NCBI GenBank assembly: GCA_004764695.1
Contig: SMSO01000004.1
Location: forward strand, 248,001-312,000
From: Schizochytrium sp. TIO01
Lineage: Eukaryota > Protista > Bigyra: Labyrinthulomycetes
DNA length: 64,000 nt
Direction of reading: 5' to 3'
Below, piece after piece: positions 32,198 to 44,100 of the stretch. The position numbers were made by a program, and so were the translations under genes. The stretch's first letter is position 1. Each line of letters opens with the position of its first letter. The notes beneath the pieces are model-generated. The model was given only the letters and a program-made list of their open reading frames with translations. It did no database searches and had not been told where the DNA came from.

Positions 32198-35100
32198 TTA
32201 TTTCTTCTTGCCGAGCACCAGCTTACGAGACACCGCTTTGGCGGCAGCCTCAGAGTACGTATCAGCGATCTTCTTCATCTGATGCTTGTAGACTTCAATA
32301 GGGGTGAGAGATGTCTGGTCCCAAAATTCGCAGCGGAGTGCTTCGGGGCCAGAAATTTTACTGAAGCGCTTGCGAATGAAAGAAACGGTGGGCACCACGC
32401 GGGTGGAGCGGCCAGCAGGAGGAACAATGCAAAAGTCGAGACTGGAAACTGCAGCAGGACTGCGAGCAAAACTAGAGAGCGGTCTCACATCAGTGAAACG
32501 CAGGCCGTTTGCGGACTCGATGACTGGAGCCTCAAGAATAGGAAGGTTGTCCAGCTCAACCTTTTCGCATTTGGAGACACTCAGCAAGAGAATGCGTACA
32601 CCTGAAACCCATCCCCATGTGTCAAGGATAGCAGAGACACCAAGCTCGTCAACGCCATCATAGAGAATAACGCCGATAATGCGCTCGCGGACAAGAGCTT
32701 TCATCTTGTGAGAAAAGAGAGCGAGCTTGTCCCGTGTGGCAAGTTGAAAACGTTCAGGTGCGCCGAAGAAATGGCGGTAGAAACCGAGTTCCTCAGCCAC
32801 CTGGTCGCCAGGAGGTCCATCTTGACTGCTCACCTCAGAAATCGTGTCTGAGAAGATATCATATTCAGGAGACTCAGCAATGTCCTTGTCAAGTCGGATA
32901 CGCGTGGAGCCAGGGATGCTGCTAATGTTTGTGCTAGCGATAGAAGGTGTAGTCTCATCTTCGTGTGGGGAAGAGGACGAGGCAGAAGACGCTGAGGATA
33001 GCTCTGAGGCAGTGTGAGGGCGTCCAGACTCGAAGTTAGCCAGATTGTTAGCGCTGCTACTCGGAGTGAGAGTGCGGAGCGAGGCGCTGCTGCTGCTTGG
33101 TTTGAGGGAGTTCAGGTTTTTGTTGCTGTGGGTGTTGCCAGAGATAGCTGGGAATGGGGGGATTGCGACGGATGCGTTTGAGTCAACTGGTGAGACAGGT
33201 GACGTAATGGTTGGAGAGAATGACTCGGAAGTCTGCGAGGTGGGCGAGAAAGGGTCGTGTCCAGACGATTTACCAGCCGCCTCGTTATACAATGCGTCGA
33301 GCAGGTCGAGACTGGCGTCTACGTCGGTATTAGAGTTCAAGTGTTGCGTGGTTTTGGTCTTCATCTTGTCGGTGTACCGGGTGAGCCTGGCGCCCTTGAT
33401 TCGAATTACCACAGGCTCATCGGAGAATTTTTTGAGCCACTTCCGTACCGATGCCCGCATGTTGCCGAGCACGACGACCATATCTGCATCAAGAGGTGCA
33501 TTCGAGAAGGTGAATTCCGGCTGCATATTGACGTCCATTTTGTGTTCCTTAAAGATACCTCCAATGGTCTGATGCGCCGCCACAGTATGAACTTCACATC
33601 TCCGTGCAAAGACGTTCAAAGGAGCTGTGATGGTCGTGAGCCGCTGTACATCGTTCGGGATGACCACATAAACGAGAAGTTGGTCCACAAGGGCTCTTCT
33701 AGATTTAACGCTCAAGCTGCGGATTCTCTCTGCTCTCGACCCGCGTCTAGAGCCAAAGCTGGAGGACAAGCTCGATCTGGTCGATCTTGCAGACCTTGAT
33801 GATTCCGCAGACCCGTGCCTGTTGGACCTGAATGCCTCTGCTCTCTTCGCGATCTCGTCATCGCTTTTGGATGCAAGCTCCTCTGTCCCAATGTGAAGGA
33901 ACCCTCCCGAGGGTACTTCGATTTCGTTTTCGTCAGCGTTTGCCGGGTCGCCATGCTTTGCCTCACTGTCGTCAAGGACCTCTGACTCCTCAAAATCGCG
34001 GCACGCATCTACGCGTTCGTCCTCTAGGACCTCCTCGCTCCTCTGGGGCGAAGGAGGCGGTGCTACGGGCATCCTTCCTCCTCCTTCTGAGGACCCGTAC
34101 CTTTGCTGTAGCTGCTGCGTCGCGAGCATCTTCGCCTGCTCTGCCACGCTTTCCGTCGACGGCGATTCCTGTCAATCGAATTGGTTTCTGCTCGCTCTTC
34201 GCTCTCTCCTTTCTTTCTCGTTCTCTTTTTTTTCTTTCTTTTCTGACTTCTTTCTAACATTTTATTGTGTTCCTTCAAAACTAACTATTTCACTCCAAAA
34301 TTGGAAGCAACAACTTTAAAACTTCTTACACCTGAAAAAGAGAAAAGAGAAAAGAAACTTTCATGAAGAAGGCGATGACAACCTTTTCGACACTTTGATA
34401 ATTATTATTTTAAATTTAAATTGTAATTATAATACTCACCACCTCTCCAACTGAATACTATAATTAAAAAAAATTAAAAAATTATAGTACATCCCGAGTC
34501 ATGAGTCATTCAACAATAAAGTTAGTCAGTCACCATGTTCGGTGAGTTAGTCAGTTGCGTAGCCATTCGGTATGTATGAAGTCCTTCTATCGTAAATCAC
34601 CCTTTCAGCTCTGGCATTCTTTCTTTCGTTCGCTCTTGCCTCATATTAATATAGCTAGCTAGATAATGAAAAAACAAACCAAGCATTCTTAAGAATAAAA
34701 TAGCACTTGAACAAATAAAGTGCAACATTGACCACCAATAAAGAGCAGAAACTAAACAATATCCACCATTTCAAAGATAGCATATCGTCCTCGAAGGCAT
34801 GCCTTTCGCTTTCCGATGATCGTGCTGCAAGTTTTCTGCTACTACCTAGGGTACTAGGCACCTACACCTTCTTAGAGGAGGTCGTCATCACCCGTCTATG
34901 AATGATGATGATAAACACACTCCTCATTAATGCACATCTATTACTTTTATACTTCCTTTGTTTGTTTGTTTGTTTATTAATTTACGTTGTTCATACGGCT
35001 GTTTACTTTACTTTACTGACAAACAAACAACTCTGAGAGAGAAAAAAGTTTCCTGGAATGGAGAGCAAAGACAGAGGCGTAAGAGAGCAGACACAGAGTG

Positions 35101-35266
35101 AGTAGAACACTAAACAAACAAATAAACAAACAAACAAACAAACAAACAAACAAACAATCAAACCATGAAGATTGAGGCGAAGGTCTCATCGAGTGCACAG
35201 ATTAGCTCTCCTCTGCTGATCATGACCAGCTTCTGCTCTGAAAGTCACCTCGGGACGGTCTGCCAT
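32198..35266 (-). CDS. Protein with two DJ-1/PfpI-like (class I glutamine amidotransferase-like) domains separated by a Ser-rich linker; main exon 34168-32198, putative first micro-exon 35266-35249
   Basis: Domain 1 VYVVIPND...APLNVF...QPEFTFSNAPLDADMVVVLG; domain 2 IGVILYDGVDEL...DTW...IESANGLRF...LDFCIVP. The ORF starts at GTG; an in-frame acceptor ttgacag|GAA lies at 34168; candidate exon ATG GCA GAC CGT CCC GAG|gtgact joins in phase 0 (first exon speculative, main exon solid). Confidence 0.75.
35111..35157 (+). repeat. (AAAC)n microsatellite
   Basis: Direct reading; lies in the putative first intron of the DJ-1-like gene. Confidence 0.9.
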
Positions 35267-38200
35267 GGAGGTGAGCGAAGTGCGGCTTGAGTGAGCTTGA
35301 GTGAGCTTGAGCTCGAACGCGAAAGAAGAAGAAGAGAGCTCAAAAACCCGAGGGAGAGAGCACTCAAGACAGACCGACATGCACACACTCTTTCTCTCTC
35401 TCTTTCTCTCTCTCTTTGCATAAGTCTTTGAGTTACATCATAATCCTGAGTAGTGAGGAGACGGAAAAGTTCATCGTTCTTTTTCGTTTCTTATCGCGCT
35501 TCTTTAACTCGCGTGCTTTATTCCCTTCTTTCCCAAAGTAGCAGCCTTTAGGACCTACCTACCTGTCTCTTCACTTTTGTTTTCTCAGTTTATTTTGTTG
35601 CTATGTAGTTTAGTTTTCATTTCGTTTTCTTTTGATGAAGAAGTAGTAAAGCACTGAACGAAAGGAATAAGAGACTTCTGTTTCTCCAAATATGTGTTTG
35701 TCTGTCTAATGACTGAACTGCTCCGTGCTATCTCGCCTTAGCTGAGTGCTACAGGGAGCTTGACGGCGCTGTCTTTAATTAGACTTCGAAAAGAAAAAAA
35801 CTTAAAAAACTATAATGATTCTGAAAAGAAGAAAGGGTATGCAATCGCTGCGAATTGACATTCCGACATTCATTGCCAAGCCCGCTCTCTTCAGCGGCGC
35901 TAGAGAGAGAGGCGCTTGCTTCAAAGAGCAGTCAGCTCGAGGCCCTAGCGGCGCTCCTTCAGCGCTCTGAGGATCTAAAACGACGGCAGGTTAGGTTATG
36001 CCTTTTTGGCCCATCCATCTTCAAGATCAGTAGTACAAGAGACAGTTATTTAGTCCGAAGTTAGTTTGGATAGACAGCGTGCGGCGGCAGGAAGAGTCAC
36101 AGAGGAAGGTACCTAACCTGCAGAGCCACCATTCGATGGTCTTGGCGTCGCTTCTGCTGCTTTTCAGGTTGAAGAAAGTGCTGCCATAAGCCCCACGCTC
36201 AGAATACCCCAGCAGCCAAAGCTTACGTCATGCGACCAGCTATTCGAGTATATTGATGGCTCCTAGTATACTATACACCGACCTAGGCACGGAATGGGCG
36301 GCGGTTCTGCCGCTCAAGCTTTTCTGGCTTTCGCCCAAAGTCTTTCCCAGGTAGGCTTTACTGATGCTTTCGCCCTGATTCGCCGGTTTCCCCGGCGTCT
36401 GGTGCTCCCTCGGGACCAAGGTCGGCGCCTCCTCCTCGGCTGGCCGGTTGTTTGTCTGGTCTTTCCCGCTTCTCGCCCGCTCGCTCGCTCGCTCGCCCAC
36501 CCGCTTCAGGGACCTCGGCATCTTGATGAGCGCGTGAACGAGCGGTTGCCTCAGCGATGGCTGCCTGCTCAGTGGCTGTCTCGCATGCCCGTGGCTGATG
36601 ACCCGTGGAGGCGCCAGAGGGCGTGAGTGACCATGCATGGTGTGCTCGTTCCTGATTCCAGGTTCTTCTTTCCCGGTCTCTGTAGCCTCTGTCTCCTTCT
36701 TCCTCTGTCTTCTTCTTCTTCTTCGTGTAAATTCAAGTTGAGCTTGAACAACAAGTTCCTGCATTCAACTTGCACAGCCAGCGAGCGAAGCGTGGCCCCA
36801 TTCATCATCGAGCACAATGATCACGATGATCACGATGAGAGCTTGAAATTCGAGAAGAGCTTCGAATGCTAGCAGGAACTGCTGAGATGGAGGCAGACAG
36901 ACGGACAGTCGAACACACTGGCAGCCAGGCAGAGCGCGAGCAAGCTGGCAGTTCTCGAGGCAAGTCTCTTCTGAGTCGTTTGATTCTTCTTCTTCTCCTT
37001 CTTCTCGCTTCTCACCTCCACGGTTTTTGTTCTCCTGCCGCCGCCCGACCCCGGCGGTGACCCTAGTTTTCCCCGAGCCTGACTTAATTTAGCACACATC
37101 CCGCGTTCGCTTCGGCGCCCTCAAGCCAAGCGCCAGGGTCCCGAGCCTAGCCGTCTGCCCGCCTGCCTGCACGTCTCCACGCTGGCGTTGTCCATCTCCA
37201 CGTTCTCCAAAACTGTTTTGCGCCTGAACAATCCAAACAAATTCAAATCCAAATCCAAATCCAAATTCAAATTCAAATTCAAATAATTCAAGTAATTCAA
37301 ATTCAGCTTTCGACCTGTAAAACTTTTTCTAAAGAAATCATTTCCTAGCTTGTAAAGAGATCATATATTAATCTACTTGAAAATAAAATAAAGCTTTTTC
37401 AAAACTTACAATCTCGTTTAGGTAGTCAGCTGCTAGCACGTCCTAGCGGTTCATCGACTGTTCCAAAGAGAAGAACCGATTTCAAACAATGCTCAACAGA
37501 CACAGAACAAGAGGAGCAGGAAGGGCCATCGACACCTAACTTACCTTCTTCAAGCCGCGCTTCTTCCTTCCGGGCCTCTTCGGGAGGCCTTCGAACGGGG
37601 CCCGTGGCGCTGCCTACCCGCGCTCTTCAGCGCTCGAAACGAAACCTAACCCGCTGGCCTCCAGAGCTGCGGCGCAACTTGCAACTGATTCTCATCTTCT
37701 TCTTCTTCTTCTTCTTCTTCTCAAATGCGCGTCTAATTTCTCGCTGCATACTATCCCTTGTTGGCATCATCATCGTCATCGTCATCGTGAACGTGCGAGA
37801 TCTGATGTACTCCAAACTTCGAGCGGCCTCACGAAGTTCTGCGCAACGCATTTCTATGCGCGCCGCCAAAGATTGGCCTTCGCTTCTTTCGTATTACCCT
37901 TGAGCTGCTTCTGCCCGTGGCCGCACATGCTTTCGCTTTTCTGGGGCCCGTTCTGGGAGAGAAGTTGGCATGTTCGAGGCGACTTTGACGGAGAACTTGG
38001 GAGAACTTGTTGCACGAGTTAGGTACTCGAAGAAATTGAAGATCGAGCGCATGGAAAGCGGCAAGAACAGCAGCAACCCCAGACTCACAAGGATTCGCCT
38101 TATAGATCAATCAATCGATCATTATCGCAATGGTGGTGTTTTCCACAGCTGGCTAGCTTCAATGCATAAGGGGTCCTACAGTATCGGTTATAAGGCCTCG

Positions 38201-39786
38201 CTCGATTTACTATCCAGGTGCTTTCGAGATATGGTAGGTACTGCTTAGGGTTCTTTCTTTGTGCGCGCTTACTACTTATGGCATCAGAGCAAGAACTCGT
38301 ATATCTTCGGTGATCCAGAGATGGCCATGATCATGGTGACGGTCATGACGAAAACTCGCGGGTGTCGAGCGAAGAAAGCTGTGGACTGACTGTAGCTGCA
38401 TTCGAGCGATTCCGGCTCAAGGGCGTTCCTTCCGCTTGGCAATTCAGAGGGGCATAATTAACGAAGGAAAGCAGAGGAAAAAGAGAGCAATGACGCTCTT
38501 CTTCGTTTTTCCTGGCCCTTGTGCACACTTGCACTGTACACCCTCCAATGGCAAGACCTCCTCATGCTTATATGGGGACCTGTGGGATCGTGGGGGTCTC
38601 CGGGAGAAAGACAGAGCTCATTCGTCCCAGTCTGCACTTCGTTCGGTGTATTGTTTGGTAGTGCCTTCCTAGTGATAACACCGCTGGCCTCAAGTGAAAC
38701 TAAACACAATGTTATAAATTGTATTTAAAAAACAAAACATTTTTATTTTTTAAAACATTGAATTAATGACAACACGAAATGCAAAGTAGAAAGGAGGAAA
38801 AGAGAATTGAAGAAAGGGAGGTTGCTAAAAATAAAAACAAAACAAAATAAAACAAAAAGACACAGTGTGAAGTGCCAAAGTTGTGTTGAGCGAAGGCCGA
38901 TGAACTTGAAAAACGTAAACTTCGATCGAATCAAAGCTCTCGAGTCCTCAAGGACTCTTTAGGTCAAGCCTTCAGATCCCAGGTTTCCACGGCCGTGGTT
39001 CGCGGTATGATTGATCACCGTGATGGGACAGTTCTTTCGCTGCTGACTCTTCACGCTCCTGCGATGAACTCTCTTCTCGCCCCATAGTAGTTCAAAGATG
39101 GACGAAGGACCTGAACTTTTCCTTTCCTTTCCTTTCACTTTAGTCTTACTTTTATTTTGAGTTTCTCTCTAAAAGAAACATAAATTTGATTTTAAAAAAT
39201 AATAATTAATAAAAAAGAGAAGAAAAACAAGTGGTAAATTACCTACCTAGGTACAAGTAAATCATGTCTTCAAAATCAAGGTTGCTAGTCTCGTCATTTC
39301 CGTGAATACACTTGGATCCAGACGATCACGATGGGTGAAATAGTGTTCATTCTTCGAGCTCGCAGACCAGTTTAAAGCCATCTCAACGGACTGACAGTGC
39401 CAACGGCTGAGAAGCTAAGCCCGAAAAAACCACCATGTATGTATTCCTTCGGGCTATTCATCTGAGCAGATGCCAGTACTTTTAGAACACACTATTTTAA
39501 ATTTAAAAAGAGAAAAAATCAAAATGAATGAAATTCTTCATTGCTAAATACTAGCATATTTACCGTGACTCCAACTACTTCTTTTCCGGTTTATAGTCCT
39601 TCGAAATCTTCACACAGTATTCATATTTTAAAATTCAACTTTTTAAAATCTACTTATTATGTATACAGATGTATAAATCGTGTATAGTATACAGATTGGC
39701 ATTATAATGGCATAGCTAGCTAGCTAGCTAGCTAGCTATTCATACATAATACAGAGCAGAGAGGCCCCTATAAATAACAAACTATC

Positions 39787-39787
<1 letters not shown>

Positions 39788-39861
<74 letters not shown>
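39788..39861 (+). repeat. (AACT)n microsatellite, about 18 units; (GCTA)n nearby at about 39714-39737
   Basis: Direct reading. Confidence 0.95.
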
Positions 39862-40059
39862 GTGACGAACTAAACTTCAAACGAGAGCGCTTTGGATTTG
39901 AAATTCAAATCTCTGTCCAAATTGGCGAAAGGTCTCAGTTCTCGCTCAGCAATCTAGATTGCTCGGGCCCGCCAGCGCAGCCCACGCAGACCGGCCCGCG
40001 CTGCGAGCGTGGCGGTGGGAGGGAGAGGGACACGCACCCACGCACACACGCACACACGC

Positions 40060-40090
<31 letters not shown>

Positions 40091-42482
40091 CTCGTTCGGC
40101 AGCTAGCTGCTGCTCGAGCAGCCCGCTTTCGGCGCCGCGCTTCGAAAAGTCGAACTTGCCGCCGCCAAAGCTCGCTCTCGCGCACGGCTGCAGACAGGCC
40201 ACGCCAAGCGAGGACCTCGAGGCTGGCTGGGCGACCGGCTGAGCGACCGCAAGGCAGACACGGCGGCGGCCGATCCGTCTGCGCGGTCGGAGAACTCGAG
40301 GAGGAGGACGAGGTCGAACGCTTGCTCGCCGATGGGATTCAAGAGCCTTGAAATGGTTTGAGGTGCGTATCATCCCGGTCGAATTTCCGCCTCGATCGAT
40401 GATCGAAAGCTAGCTTCGAGCTGGCCGGCATACCCGAGGGCCCGGCCCGTGGGTTTCGTTCGAGGCGGTCCATCGCCCGCTGGTTGTTCGTGATTCTTTC
40501 AGGACCGTCCATGATATGATTGATGTGATTCCCCAGGTTTCTTCGGTCCATAATCAAATCCGAGTTCATGGCTCGCGAGTTGTGATTCATGATACCGGTG
40601 CACTCACAAAGTACAAAGTAGAAGAGGGTTACCTCCTGCCAGGAAATGTGCTCCAGCGGCGTCTCGACATTGAGGCGAAGGGGCTGTCGAATGCTGCTGT
40701 CGAAGGGAGGCCTCCAGCTGGGGCGGAGTAACCCGAAGGCCGTTTCTTCATTCTCTGATCGTACCTACAAGAGGTTTTGGTCTTCGAAATATCATCATCG
40801 GGCAGCAGGAAGAAGTGGCCGCCTCAATTCTGAAGAAAATCGATCGCTGTTGTAAAATCGCTTGTTTGAAGCCGCATCTCATGATGGTCTCGCGGTGGGC
40901 GTGTTTTCATGCCTGCTTTGAGAGCACACGCGCTTCAAATTCGCCCTAAGACTTGAGTGATTAAGCAATCCTACGGGAGGACCGCCGGGATGAGCAGCAG
41001 AGGGCTTTCTTTGGATATCGTCTTTCTTCGTCTACTTTAGACCCTCGTTTCTTTGCGTCGAATCTTCTTCGCTTTCACGCATTTCACTGCTCTATTCAAT
41101 TTCCATTTTATCCTGGTATTTATCAACCTGTGTGTTTCTCTCAAGTTTTTTGTTTTAGGACGATTCTTTTTCTTTTTTCCCCCTTTTTTTCCCTTTTTTT
41201 TCTTTATTAAATAAAGGAAATTGAAAATAGAAGATGAAGAGACTCCTTTTCATCACTTTCCAAGGAAAACAAATAAGGAAACGTGCCGCTTCTTTGCTAC
41301 TTAGTTTGCCATTCATTCTCTCTTTTTTTTTTTCCCCTGTTTTTCTTCCTATTACCTTACTGACTAGTAGTACCCCTTATTAAAGAGAAGGAAGTTCGGA
41401 GTCTTCCCTCCTTCCTTCCAAAAGTTAAACAGAACAGAACAAATTGTGAGAAAACTCTTTTTGAATTTTAAGGTATAAATATTTTAAAAACTGAAAAAGA
41501 ACTCTTCTTCTTTTGCTTCTATTTCTGAAGAATACCTCAACAAGCGCTCAAGAAGTCCTCGCGCGGCTTTACGCAGAGGACCGTCGTGCTTTGCACCACC
41601 CGGGGTGTCTTCATTTATCATGCCAAGCTGGTTCTAATTTCTTGAAGGCATACCCCTCCTGTCGATTGTCTCGCCTTCTCTTCGTTCCTTCGTTTCATCG
41701 TTTCTTCGATTCGTCTCCTCCGATCACTTGAGTCCGCATTGATTGCTTAATAGATAGTTCCGTTCGAAGGTCATCTTCTTCCACTCTAATATGAATATGT
41801 AAACCTCCTTCCTATATATATTCATACATACAGCTGTTTAAATTTTTTATTTATTTTTTAAATATATATATAGATTAATTGAATTCATTGGGGTCAAAAC
41901 ACAATCATGATTCATGATAAACCAGAATCAGGACTTACTTATCCCCTCGAGGATCATGAGCCATGGATCACGAACCATGGTGCTCCGATCCCTCGAGCTC
42001 TTCGAGCGACTTCAGGCACCTGCCTGCCAAGGCCTGGGAGATACCTAGAGAGGTGTTCACAGCCTGGTAGTAGGTGCGTCAGGGAAGAAGACAGCAAAGT
42101 TGGCAGCTGATTGCCTCAACTTAGCTGGAAAGCTCAGCCGAGAACTCTTCAGCTCGTGGAGGGCTCTCTCTCTCGCAGCCGAGGCTGAATGCGGCTGCGT
42201 CAGCTCCGCCAGCGGCTTCCTGCGTGCCTCGCGGGACATGAGCTTGGACGCCTCCAAGTTCTTAGCGACCTTTACTCAGCGAGCTCTGCCTCGAGATCTT
42301 CTCCAAAACCACGGTTTTCATGACCATCCTCGAGCGCTGACCCAATGAAAGTGGATCTAATTCGATGCACAAGGTAGTCAATTCGATGAGCTTTTGATCA
42401 ACTGCGAGTCGCGAGGTGCCAAACAGAGATATCCCAGCTGCGAGCGACTCGCTACCTTCGACCCATGTTCTGCCTCATCTTG

Positions 42483-42542
42483 AACTTCAACCTCAACTCC
42501 AACTCCAACTCTAACTCCAACTCCAACTCCAACTCCAACTCC
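42483..42542 (+). repeat. (AACTCC)n hexanucleotide repeat
   Basis: Direct reading. Confidence 0.9.
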
Positions 42543-44053
42543 ACTTTTGACAAACTTCGAACTTGTGTCTCTTATTAATTTCCTCGCGTTCTAGTTTTCT
42601 TTATTTCTTTCATTTTCATTTTCGTTTCATCCTTATTATTGCTATTATTATTCATTTATTAAATAAACATATATCATATATTAAAATTAAAATTAAAACT
42701 TTAAAAATAAGTGGAATCGTTGGACTAGTTAGCTATTCATGAGATCAATCAATCAGAAGTACTGCCAACAATCCATCAGCTTACCATCAATCCATCCATC
42801 AATCCGTCAATCACAGTCTTCCAAAGATAAGATCAGCGAGCTCCTCTGCGTTTACGAGGTCGGGTTGAACCCGCAAGAACGGCCATTTCCGCCCTCCGTC
42901 CGCTGCCTTTCTCCCTGAGGAAGCCCTCACGATCAACGAGTCGCCTTATAAGTAAGTAACCTCTTAATTAATAAATAATCTCTGACCCAGCTCAACCTTT
43001 TCACCTTTTCATTCAATCAATGTTCGTTTGTTCTTCCTTCCACACCTCTTTTCTTAGCCTGCACCTTCTAGTTGCTACCTTACTACCCGCCATGGAGGGA
43101 TCGAGTGAGAACGCCACTGCTAGGTAGATAGGTAGACACCTCCTACCCGCCCGTGCTTTGGAACACCTCCTCTTTAGAACACCTTCGCTTTCACTGCGAG
43201 CCACCGACTATGATCCATCCATTGGTGGTTCGAAGTTGCCCACCATGTCATCGTCGGGGTTGATGAGCATCTTTGCCGTTTGCCATCCCGCGGCCGTCTT
43301 GGGCGGCTGGAGGAGATGATTAAAGACACGCTGGAAGAAGCACGGGCCGCGTTGAAGAACGACAATTCGAGGTTCAATCTTGGTTTGTCCGAGCCCTGAT
43401 GATGCAAATGACCACCATCGTTTCCGCCTTTCGACCTGATGATAAATGGAACAGACAGAACTGATCAGAAAAGCGAAGAAATAACAGAAAATAGAAAACT
43501 AGAATAGATGTCAGAAGAACTTGGACAAAGCACTCGGCGGCAGATATTCATGCTCGTGTACGCATTGTGATGGAAGGAGCAGAGTACAGCAAATCCAGCT
43601 CCTTCGAGCGTTATAATCGCAAACGAGGGTGGCCTATTCTTCGCTATCGTCGTCGTGGAGAATGAACTAACTAACTAACATTCAATGAGCACTTATCATC
43701 ATAGAGGAGATTATAAACATGCTAGGCTGCTTATGCTTACGTAATACAGCGCGCTGCATGAAGCACAAGGAATCGAAAGCGATTGTCGCACGAGCGAAAG
43801 GACAGTCCGTTGCTCGAAAGGCTCGTGCACGAAGGGCGACGCAGTTCATATTCAGCTCGAGCGTAGGCCCGGACAGAGCAAGATCTGCGATCTGAAGATC
43901 TCAAGTCCATTTTGCAGGCTACGACACATCCACAGACTTGAGGTCAGGATTCTTGTGGCCTTATTGCCTTATAAAAAATACACAAACTACATTTGCAACA
44001 TAAGGGCAAATGAGCTGTCGTTCAACATATTGGTAGGTATACCTTGGTATATA

Positions 44054-44100
44054 TGAATGAATGAATGAATGAATGAATGAATGAATGAATGAATGAATGA
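44054..44100 (+). repeat. (TGAA)n microsatellite, about 12 units
   Basis: Direct reading. Confidence 0.95.

Noticed and set aside
42855-42900. GGTTCAA-like T-loop suggesting a minus-strand tRNA
   Set aside because: No consistent T-stem, acceptor stem or anticodon arm
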